From NCBI GenBank assembly GCA_964016885.1, contig OZ024743.1, forward strand, positions 329,592,001 through 329,656,000: a stretch of DNA of 64,000 bases. The letters run 5' to 3'. The stretch is from Eledone cirrhosa. Its lineage: Eukaryota. The translations under genes were made by a program, and so were the position numbers. The stretch's first letter is position 1, and every line of letters begins with the position of its first letter. Shown in pieces: positions 46,700-61,179 of the stretch. Under the pieces are notes generated by a model that was not told the DNA's origin, searched no databases, and saw only the letters and a program-made list of their open reading frames with translations.

Positions 46700-49600
46700 T
46701 CAGCCCTATCAACCACAGACGACGTTCTCAATACCATCACAGACCATCACCCCTATCAAACACAGACGACTATCTCAACACCATCGCAGACCAACAGCCC
46801 TATCAACCACAGACGACGTTCTCAACACCATCACAGACCATCACCCCTATCAAACACAGACGACGATCTCAACACCATCGCAGACCATCACTCCTATCAA
46901 CCAGAGACGACGATCTCAACACCATTGCAGACCATCACCCCCATCAACCAGAGACGACGATCTCAACACCATCGCAGACCAATACATCTATCAACCACAG
47001 ACGACGATCTCAACACCATCGCAGACCATCACCCCTATCAACCACAGACGACGATCTCAACACCATCGCAGACCATCACCCCTATCAACCACAGACGACT
47101 ATCTCAATACCATCGCAGACCTTTACCCCTATCAACCACAGACGACGATCTCAACACCATCGCAGACCATCACCCCTATCAACCACAGCCGACGATCTCA
47201 ACACCATCGCAGACCATCACCCCTATCAACCACAGACGACGATCTCAACACCATCGCAGACCATCACCCCTATCAACCACAGACGACGATCTCAACACCA
47301 TCGCAGACCATCACCCCTATCAACCACAGACGACGATCTCAACACCATTGCAGACCATCACCCCTATCAACCAGAGACGACGATCTCAACACCATCGCAG
47401 ACCAACACATCTATCAACCACAGACGACGATCTCAACACCATCGCAGACCATCACCCCTATCAACCACAGACGACGTTCTCAACACCATCGCAGACCATC
47501 ACCCCTATCAACCAGAGACGACGATCTCAACACCATCGCAGACCATCACACCTATCAACCACAGCCGACGATCTCAACACCATCGCAGACCATCACCACT
47601 ATCAACCACAGACAACGATCTCAACACCATCGCAGACCGTCACCCCTATCAACCAGAGACGACGATCTCAACACCATCGCAGACCATCACCCCTATCACC
47701 CACAGACGAAGTTCTCAACACTATCGCAGACCATCACCCCTATCAACCACAGACGAAGTTCTCAACACCATCGCAGACCATCACCCCTATCAACCAGAGA
47801 CGAGGATCTCAACACCATCGCAGACCATCACCACTATCAAACACAGACGACGATCTCAACACCATCGCAGACCATCAACCCTATCAACCACAGACGACGA
47901 TCTCAACACCATCGCAGACCATCACCCCTATCAACCACAGACGACTATCTCAATACCATCGCAGACCATTACCCCTATCAACCACAGACGACGATCTCAA
48001 CACCATCGCAGACCATCACCCCTATCAACCACAGACGACTATCTCAACACCATCGCAGACCATCACCCCTATCAACCACAGACGACGATCTCAACATCAT
48101 CGCAGACCATCACCCCTATCAACCACAGACGACGATCTCAACACCATCGCAGACCATCACCCCTATCAACCACAGACGACGATCTCAACACCATTGCAGA
48201 CCATCACCCCTATCAACCAGAGACGACGATCTCAACACCATCGCAGACCAACACATCTATCAACCACAGACGACGATCTCAACACCATCGCAGACCATCA
48301 CCCCTATCAACCACAGACGACGTTCTCAACACCATCGCAGACCATCACCCCTATCAACCAGAGACGACGATCTCAACACCATCGCAGACCATTACCCCTA
48401 TCAACCACAGACGACGATCTCAACACCATCGCAGATCATCACCGCTATCAAACAGAGACGAGGATCTCAACACCATCGCAGACCATCACCACTATCAACC
48501 ACAGACGACGTTCTCAACACCATCGCAGACCAACACACCTATCAACCAGAGACGAGGATCTCAACACCATCGCAGACCATCACACCTATCAACCACAGAC
48601 GACAATCTCAACACCATCGCAGACCAACACCCCTATCAACCAGAGACGACGATCTCAACACCATCGCAGACCATGACCCCTATCAACCACAGACGACGAT
48701 CTCAACACCATCGCAGACCATCACCCCTATCAACCAGAGACAACGATCTCAACACCATCGCAGACCATCACACCTATCAACCACAGCCGACGATCTCAAC
48801 ACCATCGCAGACCATCACCACTATCAACCACAGACAACGATCTCAACACCATCGCAGACCATCACCCCTATCAACCAGAGACGACGATCTCAACACCATC
48901 GCAGACCATCACCCCTATCACCCACAGACGAAGTTCTCAACACTATCGCAGACCATCACCCCTATCAACCACAGACGAAGTTCTCAACACCATCGCAGAC
49001 CATCACCCCTATCAACCAGAGACGAGGATCTCAACACCATCGCAGACCATCACCCCTATCAAACACAGACGACGATCTCAACACCATCGCAGACCATCAC
49101 CCCTATCAACCACAGACGACGATCTCAATACCATCGCTGACCATCACCCTTATCAACCAGAGACGACGATCTCAACACCATCGCAGACCATCACCCCTAT
49201 CAACCAGAGACGACGATCTCAACAACATCGCAGACCATCACCCCTATCATCCACAGACGACTATCTCAACACGATCGTAGACCATCACCACTATCAACCA
49301 GAGACGACGATCTCAACACCATCGCAGACCATCACCCCTATCAACCACAGACGACGATCTCAACACCATCGCAGACCATCACCCCTATCAACTAGAGACG
49401 ACGATCTCAACAACATCGCAGACCATCAGCCCTATCAACCACAGACGACGTTCTCAACACCATCACAGACCATCACCCCTATCAAACACAGACGACTATC
49501 TCAACACCATCGCAGACCATCAGCCCTATCAACCACAGACGACGTTCTCAACACCTTCACAGACCATCACCCCTATCAAACACAGACGACGATCTCAACA

Positions 49601-52600
49601 CCATCGCAGACCATCACCCCTATCAACCAGAGACGACGATCTTAACACCATCGCAGATCTTCACCCCTATCAACCACAGAGGACGATCTCAAAACCATCG
49701 TAGACCATCACCCCTATCAACCACAAACGACGATCTCAACCCCATCGCAGACCATCACCCCTATCAACCACAGACGTTGATCTGAACACCATCGCAGACA
49801 ATCCCCCCTATCAACCAGAGACGACGTTCTCAACACCATCGCAGACCATCAGACCTATCAACCACAGACGACGTTCTCAACACCATCGCAGACCATCACA
49901 CCTATCAACCACAGACGTTGATCTCAACACCATCGCAGACAATCACCCCTATCAACCACAGACGACGATCTCAACACCATCGCAGACCAACACCCTTATC
50001 AACCAGTGACGACGATCTCAACACCATCGCAGACCATCACCCCTATCATCCACAGACGACTATCTCAACACCATCGTAGACCATCACCACTATCAACCAG
50101 AGACGACGATCTCAACACCATCGGAGACCATCACCCCTATCAACCACAAACGACGATCTCAACACCATCGCAGACCATCATCTCTATCAACCACAGACGA
50201 CGTTCTCAATACCATCACAGACCATCACCCCTATCAAACACAGACGACTATCTCAACACCATCGCAGACCAACAGCCCTATCAACCACAGACGACGTTCT
50301 CAACACCATCACAGACCATCACCCCTATCAAACACAGACGACGATCTCAACACCATCGCAGACCATCACTCCTATCAACCAGAGACGACGATCTCAACAC
50401 CATTGCAGACCATCACCCCCATCAACCAGAGACGACGATCTCAACACCATCGCAGACCAATACATCTATCAACCACAGACGACGATCTCAACACCATCGC
50501 AGACCATCACCCCTATCAACCACAGACGACGATCTCAACACCATCGCAGACCATCACCCCTATCAACCACAGACGACTATCTCAATACCATCGCAGACCT
50601 TTACCCCTATCAACCACAGACGACGATCTCAACACCATCGCAGACCATCACCCCTATCAACCACAGCCGACGATCTCAACACCATCGCAGACCATCACCC
50701 CTATCAACCACAGACGACGATCTCAACACCATCGCAGACCATCACCCCTATCAACCACAGACGACGATCTCAACACCATCGCAGACCATCACCCCTATCA
50801 ACCACAGACGACGATCTCAACACCATTGCAGACCATCACCCCTATCAACCAGAGACGACGATCTCAACACCATCGCAGACCAACACATCTATCAACCACA
50901 GACGACGATCTCAACACCATCGCAGACCATCACCCCTATCAACCACAGACGACGTTCTCAACACCATCGCAGACCATCACCCCTATCAACCAGAGACGAC
51001 GATCTCAACACCATCGCAGACCATCACACCTATCAACCACAGCCGACGATCTCAACACCATCGCAGACCATCACCACTATCAACCACAGACAACGATCTC
51101 AACACCATCGCAGACCGTCACCCCTATCAACCAGAGACGACGATCTCAACACCATCGCAGACCATCACCCCTATCACCCACAGACGAAGTTCTCAACACT
51201 ATCGCAGACCATCACCCCTATCAACCACAGACGAAGTTCTCAACACCATCGCAGACCATCACACCTATCAACCAGAGACGAGGATCTCAACACCATCGCA
51301 GACCATCACCACTATCAAACACAGACGACGATCTCAACACCATCGCAGACCATCAACCCTATCAACCACAGACGACGATCTCAACACCATCGCAGACCAT
51401 CACCCCTATCAACCACAGACGACTATCTCAATACCATCGCAGACCATTACCCCTATCAACCACAGACGACGATCTCAACACCATCGCAGACCATCACCCC
51501 TATCAACCACAGACGACTATCTCAACACCATCGCAGACCATCACCCCTATCAACCACAGACGACGATCTCAACATCATCGCAGACCATCACCCCTATCAA
51601 CCACAGACGACGATCTCAACACCATCGCAGACCATCACCCCTATCAACCACAGACGACGATCTCAACACCATTGCAGACCATCACCCCTATCAAACAGAG
51701 ACGACGATCTCAACATCATCGCAGACCAACACATCTATCAACCACAGACGACGATCTCAACACCATCGCAGACCATCACCCCTATCAACCACAGACGACG
51801 ATCTCAACACCATCGCAGACCATCTCCCCTATCAACCACAGACGACGTTCTCAACACCATCGCAGACCATCACCCCTATCAACCAGAGACGACGATCTCA
51901 ACACCATCGCAGACCATTACCCCTATCAACCACAGACGACGATCTCAACACCATCGCAGATCATCACCGCTATCAACCAGAGACGAGGATCTCAACACCA
52001 TCGCAGACCATCACCACTATCAAACACAGACGACGATCTCAACACCATCGCAGACCATCAACCCTATCAACCACAGACGACGATCTCAACACCATCGCAG
52101 ACCATCACCCCTATCAACCACAGACGACTATCTCAATACCATCGCAGACCATTACCCCTATCAAGCACAGACGACGATCTCAACACCATCGCAGACCATC
52201 ACCCCTATCAACCACAGACGACTATCTCAACACCATCGCAGACCATCACCCCTATCAACCACAGACGACGTTCTCAACACCATCGCAGACCAACACACCT
52301 ATCAACCAGAGACGAGGATCTCAACACCATCGCAGACCATCACACCTATCAACCACAGACGACAATCTCAACACCATCGCAGACCAACACCCCTATCAAC
52401 CAGAGACGACGATCTCAACACCATCGCAGACCATGACCCCTATCAACCACAGACGACGATCTCAACACCATCGCAGACCATCACCCCTATCAACCAGAGA
52501 CAACGATCTCAACACCATCGCAGACCATCACACCTATCAACCACAGCCGACGATCTCAACACCATCGCAGACCATCACCACTATCAACCACAGACAACGA

Positions 52601-54700
52601 TCTCAACACCATCGCAGACCATCACCCCTATCAACCAGAGACGACGATCTCAACACCATCGCAGACCATCACCCCTATCACCCACAGACGAAGTTCTCAA
52701 CACTATCGCAGACCATCACCCCTATCAACCACAGACGAAGTTCTCAACACCATCGCAGACCATCACCCCTATCAACCAGAGACGAGGATCTCAACACCAT
52801 CGCAGACCATCACCCCTATCAAACACAGACGACGATCTCAACACCATCGCAGACCATCACCCCTATCAACCACAGACGAAGTTCTCAACACCATCGCAGA
52901 CCATCACCCCTATCAACCAGAGACGAGGATCTCAACACCATCGCAGACCATCACCCCTATCAAACACAGACGACGATCTCAACACCATCGCAGACCATCA
53001 CCCCTATCAACCACAGACGACGATCTCAATACCATCGCTGACCATCACCCTTATCAACCAGAGACGACGATCTCAACACCATCGCAGACCATCACCCCTA
53101 TCAACCAGAGACGACGATCTCAACACCATCGCAGACCATCACCCCTATCATCCACAGACGACTATCTCAACACGATCGTAGACCATCACCACTATCAACC
53201 AGAGACGACGATCTCAACACCATCGCAGACCATCACCCCTATCAACCACAGACGACGATCTCAACACCATCGCAGACCATCACCCCTATCAACTAGAGAC
53301 GACGATCTCAACAACATCGCAGACCATCAGCCCTATCAACCACAGACGACGTTCTCAACACCATCACAGACCATCACCCCTATCAAACACAGACGACTAT
53401 CTCAACACCATCGCAGACCATCAGCCCTATCAACCACAGACGACGTTCTCAACACCTTCACAGACCATCACCCCTATCAAACACAGACGACGATCTCAAC
53501 ACCATCGCAGACCATCACCCCTATCAACCAGAGACGACGATCTTAACACCATCGCAGATCTTCACCCCTATCAACCACAGAGGACGATCTCAAAACCATC
53601 GTAGACCATCACCCCTATCAACCACAAACGACGATCTCAACCCCATCGCAGACCATCACCCCTATCAACCACAGACGTTGATCTGAACACCATCGCAGAC
53701 AATCCCCCCTATCAACCAGAGACGACGTTCTCAACACCATCGCAGACCATTAGACCTATCAACCACAGACGACGTTCTCAACACCATCGCAGACCATCAC
53801 ACCTATCAACCACAGACGTTGATCTCAACACCATCGCAGACAATCACCCCTATCAACCACAGACGACGATCTCAACACCATCGCAGACCAACACCCCTAT
53901 CAACCAGTGACGACGATCTCAACACCATCGCAGACCATCACCCCTATCATCCACAGACGACTATCTCAACACCATCGTAGACCATCACCACTATCAACCA
54001 GAGACGACGATCTCAACACCATCGGAGACCATCACCCCTATCAACCACAGACGACGATCTCAACACCATCGCAGACCATCACCCCTATCAACTAGAGACG
54101 ACGATCTCAACACCATCGCAGACCATCAGCCCTATCAACCACAGACGACGTTCTCAATACCATCACAGACCATCACCCCTATCAAACACAGACGACTATC
54201 TCAACACCATCGCAGACCAACAGCCCTATCAACCACAGACGACGTTCTCAACACCATCACAGACCATCACCCCTATCAAACACAGACGACGATCTCAACA
54301 CCATCGCAGACCATCACTCCTATCAACCAGAGACGACGATCTCAACACCATTGCAGACCATCACCCCCATCAACCAGAGACGACGATCTCAACACCATCG
54401 CAGACCAATACATCTATCAACCACAGACGACGATCTCAACACCATCGCAGACCATCACCCCTATCAACCACAGACGACGATCTCAACACCATCGCAGACC
54501 ATCACCCCTATCAACCACAGACGACTATCTCAATACCATCGCAGACCTTTACCCCTATCAACCACAGACGACGATCTCAACACCATCGCAGACCATCACC
54601 CCTATCAACGACAGCCGACGATCTCAACACCATCGCAGACCATCACCCCTATCAACCACAGACGACGATCTCAACACCATCGCAGACCATCACCCCTATC
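46700..54700. repeat. Imperfect 3.5-3.9 kb block duplications (74-84 monomers)
   Basis: The CCCCCATC / CAATACATC / CTTTACC marker set follows 46925, 50403 and 54351 (offsets 74 and 84 units). CCAGTGAC is at 50006/53907 (83 units). CATGACC TGA ends at 48676/52436 (80 units). Confidence 0.85.
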
Positions 54701-57700
54701 AACCACAGACGACTATCTCAATACCATCGCAGACCATTACCCCTATCAAGCACAGACGACGATCTCAACACCATCGCAGACCATCACCCCTATCAACCAC
54801 AGACGACTATCTCAACACCATCGCAGACCATCACCCCTATCAACCACAGACGACGTTCTCAACACCATCGCAGACCAACACACCTATCAACCAGAGACGA
54901 GGATCTCAACACCATCGCAGACCATCACCCCTATCAACCAGAGACGACGATCTCAACACCATCGCAGACCATCACCCCTATCAACCACAGACGACGATCT
55001 CAACACCATCGCAGATCATCACCGCTATCAACCAGAGACGAGGATCTCAACACCATCGCAGACCATCACCACTATCAAACACAGACGACGATCTCAACAC
55101 CATCGCAGACCATCAACCCTATCAACCACAGACGACGATCTCAACACCATCGCAGACCATCACCCCTATCAACCACAGACGACTATCTCAATACCATCGC
55201 AGACCATTACCCCTATCAAGCACAGACGACGATCTCAACACCATCGCAGACCATCACCCCTATCAACCACAGACGACAATCTCAACACCATCGCAGATCA
55301 TCACCGCTATCAACCACAGACGACGTTCTCAACACCATCGCAGACCAACACACCTATCAACCAGAGACGAGGATCTCAACACCATCGCAGACCATCACCC
55401 CTATCAACCACAGACGACTATCTCAATACCATCGCAGACCATTACCCCTATCAAGCACAGACGACGATCTCAACACCATCGCAGACCATGACCCCTATCA
55501 ACCACAGACGACGATCTCAACACCATCGCAGACCATCACCCCTATCAACCAGAGACAACGATCTCAACACCATCGCAGACCATCACACCTATCAACCACA
55601 GCCGACGATCTCAACACCATCGCAGACCATCACCACTATCAACCACAGAAACGATCTCAACACCATCGCAGACCATCACCCGTATCAACCAGAGACGACG
55701 ATCTCAACACCATCGCAGACCATCACCCCTATCACCCACAGACGAAGTTCTCAACACTATCGCAGACCATCACCCCTATCAACCACAGACGAAGTTCTCA
55801 ACACCATCGCAGACCATCACCCCTATCAACCAGAGACGAGGATCTCAACACCATCGCAGACCATCACCCCTATCAAACACAGACGACGATCTCAACACCA
55901 TCGCAGACCATCACCCCTATCAACCACAGACGACGATCTCAATACCATCGCTGACCATCACCCTTATCAACCAGAGACGACGATCTCAACACCATCGCAG
56001 ACCATCACCCCTATCAACCAGAGACGACGATCTCAACACCATCGCAGACCATCACCCCTATCATCCACAGACGACTATCTCAACACGATCGTAGACCATC
56101 ACCCCTATCAACCAGAGACGACGATCTCAACACCATCGCAGACCATCACCCCTATCATCCACAGACGACTATCTCAACACGATCGTAGACCATCACCCCT
56201 ATCAACCACAGACGACGATCTCAACACCATCGCAGACCATCATCCCTATCAACTAGAGACGACGATCTCAACAACATCGCAGACCATCAGCCCTATCAAC
56301 CACAGACGACGTTCTCAACACCATCACAGACCATCACCCCTATCAAACACAGACGACTATCTCAACACCATCGCAGACCATCAGCCCTATCAACCACAGA
56401 CGACGTTCTCAACACCTTCACAGACCATCACCCCTATCAAACACAGACGACGATCTCAACACCATCGCAGACCATCACCCCTATCAACCAGAGACGACGA
56501 TCTCAACACCATCGCAGACCATCACCCCTATCAACCACAGACGTTGATCTGAACACCATCGCAGACAATCCCCCCTATCAACCGGAGACGACGTTCTCAA
56601 CACCATCGCAGACCATCAGACCTATCAACCACAGACGACGTTCTCAACACCATCGCAGACCATCACACCTATCAACCACAGACGTTGATCTCAACACCAT
56701 CGCAGACCATCACACCTATCAACCACAGACGACGATCTCAACACCATCGCAGACCAACACCCCTATCAACCAGAGACGACGATCTCAACACCATCGCAGA
56801 CCATCACCACTATCCACCTCAGACGACGTTCTCAACACCATCGCAGACCATCACCCCTATCAACCACAGACGACGATCTCAACACCATCGCAGACCATCA
56901 CCACTATCAACCACAGACGACGTTCTCAACACCATCGCAGACCATCACCCCTATCAACCAGAGACGACGATCTCAACACCATCGCAGACCATCACCCCTA
57001 TCAACCAGAGACGAGGATCTCAACGCCATCGCAGACCATCACCCCTATCACCCACAGACGAAGTTCTCAACACTATCGCAGACCATCACCCCTATCAACC
57101 ACAGACGAAGTTCTCAACACCATCGCAGACCATCACCCCTATCAACCAGAGACGAGGATCTCAACACCATCGCAGACCATCACCCCTATCAAACACAGAC
57201 GACGATCTCAACACCATCGCAGACCATCACCCCTATCAACCACAGACGACGATCTCAATACCATCGCTGACCATCACCCTTATCAACCAGAGACGACGAT
57301 CTCAACACCATCGCAGACCATCACACCTATCAACCACAGCCGACGATCTCAACACCATCGCAGACCATCACCACTATCAACCACAGACGACGATCTCAAC
57401 ATTATCGCAGACCATCACCCCTATCAACCACAGACGACGATCTCAACACCATCGCAGACCATCACCCCTATCGACCACAGACGACGATCTCAACACCATT
57501 GCAGACCATCACCCCTATCAACCAGAGACGACGATCTCAACACCATCGCAGACCAACACATCTATCAACCACAGACGACGATCTCAACACCATCGCAGAC
57601 CATCACCCCTATCAACCACAGACGACGTTCTCAACACCATCGCAGACCATCACCCCTATCAACCAGAGACGACGATCTCAACACCATCGCAGACCATTAC

Positions 57701-60700
57701 CCCTATCAACCACAGACGACGATCTCAACACCATCGCAGACCATCACCCCTATCAACCAGAGACGACGATCTCAACACCATCGCAGACCATCACACCTAT
57801 CAACCACAGCCGACGATCTCAACACCATCGCAGACCATCACCACTATCAACCACAGACAACGATCTCAACACCATCGCAGACCATCACCCCTATCAACCA
57901 GAGACGACGATCTCAACACCATCGCAGACCATCACCCCTATCACCCACAGACGAAGTTCTCAACACTATCGCAGACCATCACCCCTATCAACCACAGACG
58001 AAGTTCTCAACACCATCGCAGACCATCACCCCTATCAACCAGAGACGAGGATCTCAACACCATCGCAGACCATCACCCCTATCAAACACAGACGACGATC
58101 TCAACACCATCGCAGACCATCACCCCTATCAACCACAGACGACGATCTCAATACCATCGTGGACCATCACCCTTATCAACCAGAGACGACGATCTCAACA
58201 CCATCGCAGACCATCACCCCTATCAACCAGAGACGACGATCTCAACACCATCGCAGACCATCACCCCTATCATCCACAGACGACTATCTCAACACCATCG
58301 TAGACCATCACCACTATCAACCAGAGACGACGAGCTCAACACCATTGCAGACCATCACCCCTATCAACCACAGACGACGATCTCAACACCATCGCAGACC
58401 ATCACCCCTATCAACTAGAGACGACGATCTCAACAACATCGCAGACCATCAGCCCTATCAACCACAGACGACGTTCTCAACACCATCACAGACCATCACC
58501 CCTATCAAACACAGACGACTATCTCAACACCATCGCAGAGCATCAGCCCTATCAACCACAGACGACGTTCTCAACACCATCACATACCATCACCCCTATC
58601 AAACACAGACGACGATCTCAACACCATCGCAGACCATCACCCCTATCAACCAGAGACGACGATCTTAACACCATCGCAGATCTTCACCCCTATCAACCAC
58701 AGACGACGATCTCAAAACCATCGTAGACCATCACCCCTATCAACCACAAACGACGATCTCAACCCCATCGCAGACCATCACCCCTATCAACCACAGACGT
58801 TGATCTGAACACCATCGCAGACAATCCCCCCTATCAACCAGAGACGACGCTCTCAACACCATCGCAGACCATCAGACATATCAACCACAGACGACGTTCT
58901 CAACACCATCGCAGACCATCACACCTATCAACCACAGACGTTGATCTCAACACCATCGCAGACAATCACCCCTATCAACCACAGACGACGATCTCAACAC
59001 CATCGCAGACCAACACCCCTATCAACCAGAGACGACGATCTCAACACCATCGCAGACCATCACCACTATCCACCTCAGACGACGTTCTCAACACCATCGC
59101 AGACCATCACCCCTATCAACCACAGACGACGATCTCAACACCATCGCAGACCATCACCACTATCAACCACAGACGACGTTCTCAACACCATCGCAGACCA
59201 TCACCCCTATCAACCAGAGACGACGATCTCAACACCATCGCAGACCATCACCCCTATCAACCAGAGACGAGGATCTCAACACCATCGCAGACCATCACCC
59301 CTATCAACCACAGACGACGATCTCAACACCATCGCAGACCATCACCACTATCAACCACAAACAACGATCTCAACACCATCGCAGACCATCACCCCTATCA
59401 ACCAGAGACGACGATCTCAACACCATCGCAGACCATCACCCCTATCACCCACAGACGAAGTTCTCAACACTATCGCAGACCATCACCCCTATCAACCACA
59501 GACAAAGTTCTCAACACCATCGCAGACCATCACCCCTATCAACCAGAGACGAGGATCTCAACACCATCGCAGACCATCACCCCTATCAAACACAGACGAC
59601 GATCTCAACACCATCGCAGACCATCACCCCTATCAACCACAGACGACGATCTCAATACCATCGCTGACCATCACCCTTATCAACCAGAGACGACGATCTC
59701 AACACCATCGCAGACCATCACCCCTATTAACCAGAGACGACGATCTCAACACCATCGCAGACTATCACCCCTATCAACCACAGACGACTATCTCAACACC
59801 ATCGCAGACCATCACCCCTATCAACCACAGACGACGATCTCAACATTATCGCAGACCATCACCCCTATCAACCACAGACGACGATCTCAACACCATCGCA
59901 GACCATCACCCCTATCAACCACAGACGACGATCTCAACACCATTGCAGACCATCACCCCTATCAACCAGAGACGACGATCTCAACACCATCGCAGACCAA
60001 CACATCTATCAACCACAGACGACGATATCAACACCATCGCAGACCATCACCCCTATTAACCACAGACGACGTTCTCAACACCATCGCAGACCATCACCCC
60101 TATCAACCAGAGACGAGGATCTCAACACCATCGCAGACCATCACACCTATCAACCACAGACGACAATCTCAACACCATCGCAGACCAACACCCCTATCAA
60201 CCAGAGACGACGATCTCAACACCATCGCAGACCATTACCCCTATCAACCACAGACGACGATCTCAACACCATCGCAGACCATCACCCCTATCAACCAGAG
60301 ACGACGATCTCAACACCATCGCAGACCATCACACCTATCAACCACAGCCGACGATCTCAACACCATCGCAGACCATCACCACTATCAACCACAGACAACG
60401 ATCTCAACACCATCGCAGACCATCACCCCTATCAACCAGAGACGACGATCTCAACACCATCGCAGACCATCACCCCTATCACCCACAGACGAAGTTCTCA
60501 ACACTATCGCAGACCATCACCGCTATCAACCACAGACGACGATCTCAACACACTCGCAGACCATCACCCCTATCAACCAGAGACGAGGATCTCAACACCA
60601 TCGCAGACCATCACCCCTATCAAACACAGACGACGATCTCAACACCATCGCAGACCATCACCCCTATCAACCACAGACGACGATCTCAATACCATCGCTG

Positions 60701-61179
60701 ACCATCACCCTTATCAACCAGAGACGACGATCTCAACACCATCGCAGACCATCACCCCTATCAACCAGAGACGACGATCTCAACACCATCGCAGACCATC
60801 ACCCCTATCATCCACAGACGACAATCTCAACACCATCGTAGACCATCACCACTATCAACCAGAGACGACGATCTCAACACCATCGCAGACCATCACCCTT
60901 ATCAACCACAGACGACGATCTCAACACCATCGCAGACCATCACCCCTATCAACTAGAGACGACGATCTCAACACCATCGCAGACTATCAGCCCTATCAAC
61001 CACAGACGACGTTCTCAACACCATCACAGACCATGACCCCTATCAAACACAGACGACTATCTCAACACCATCGCAGACCATCAGCCCTATCAACCACAGA
61101 CGACGTTCTCAACACCATCACAGACCATCACCCCTATCAAACACAGACGACGATCTCAACACCATCGCAGACCATCACC

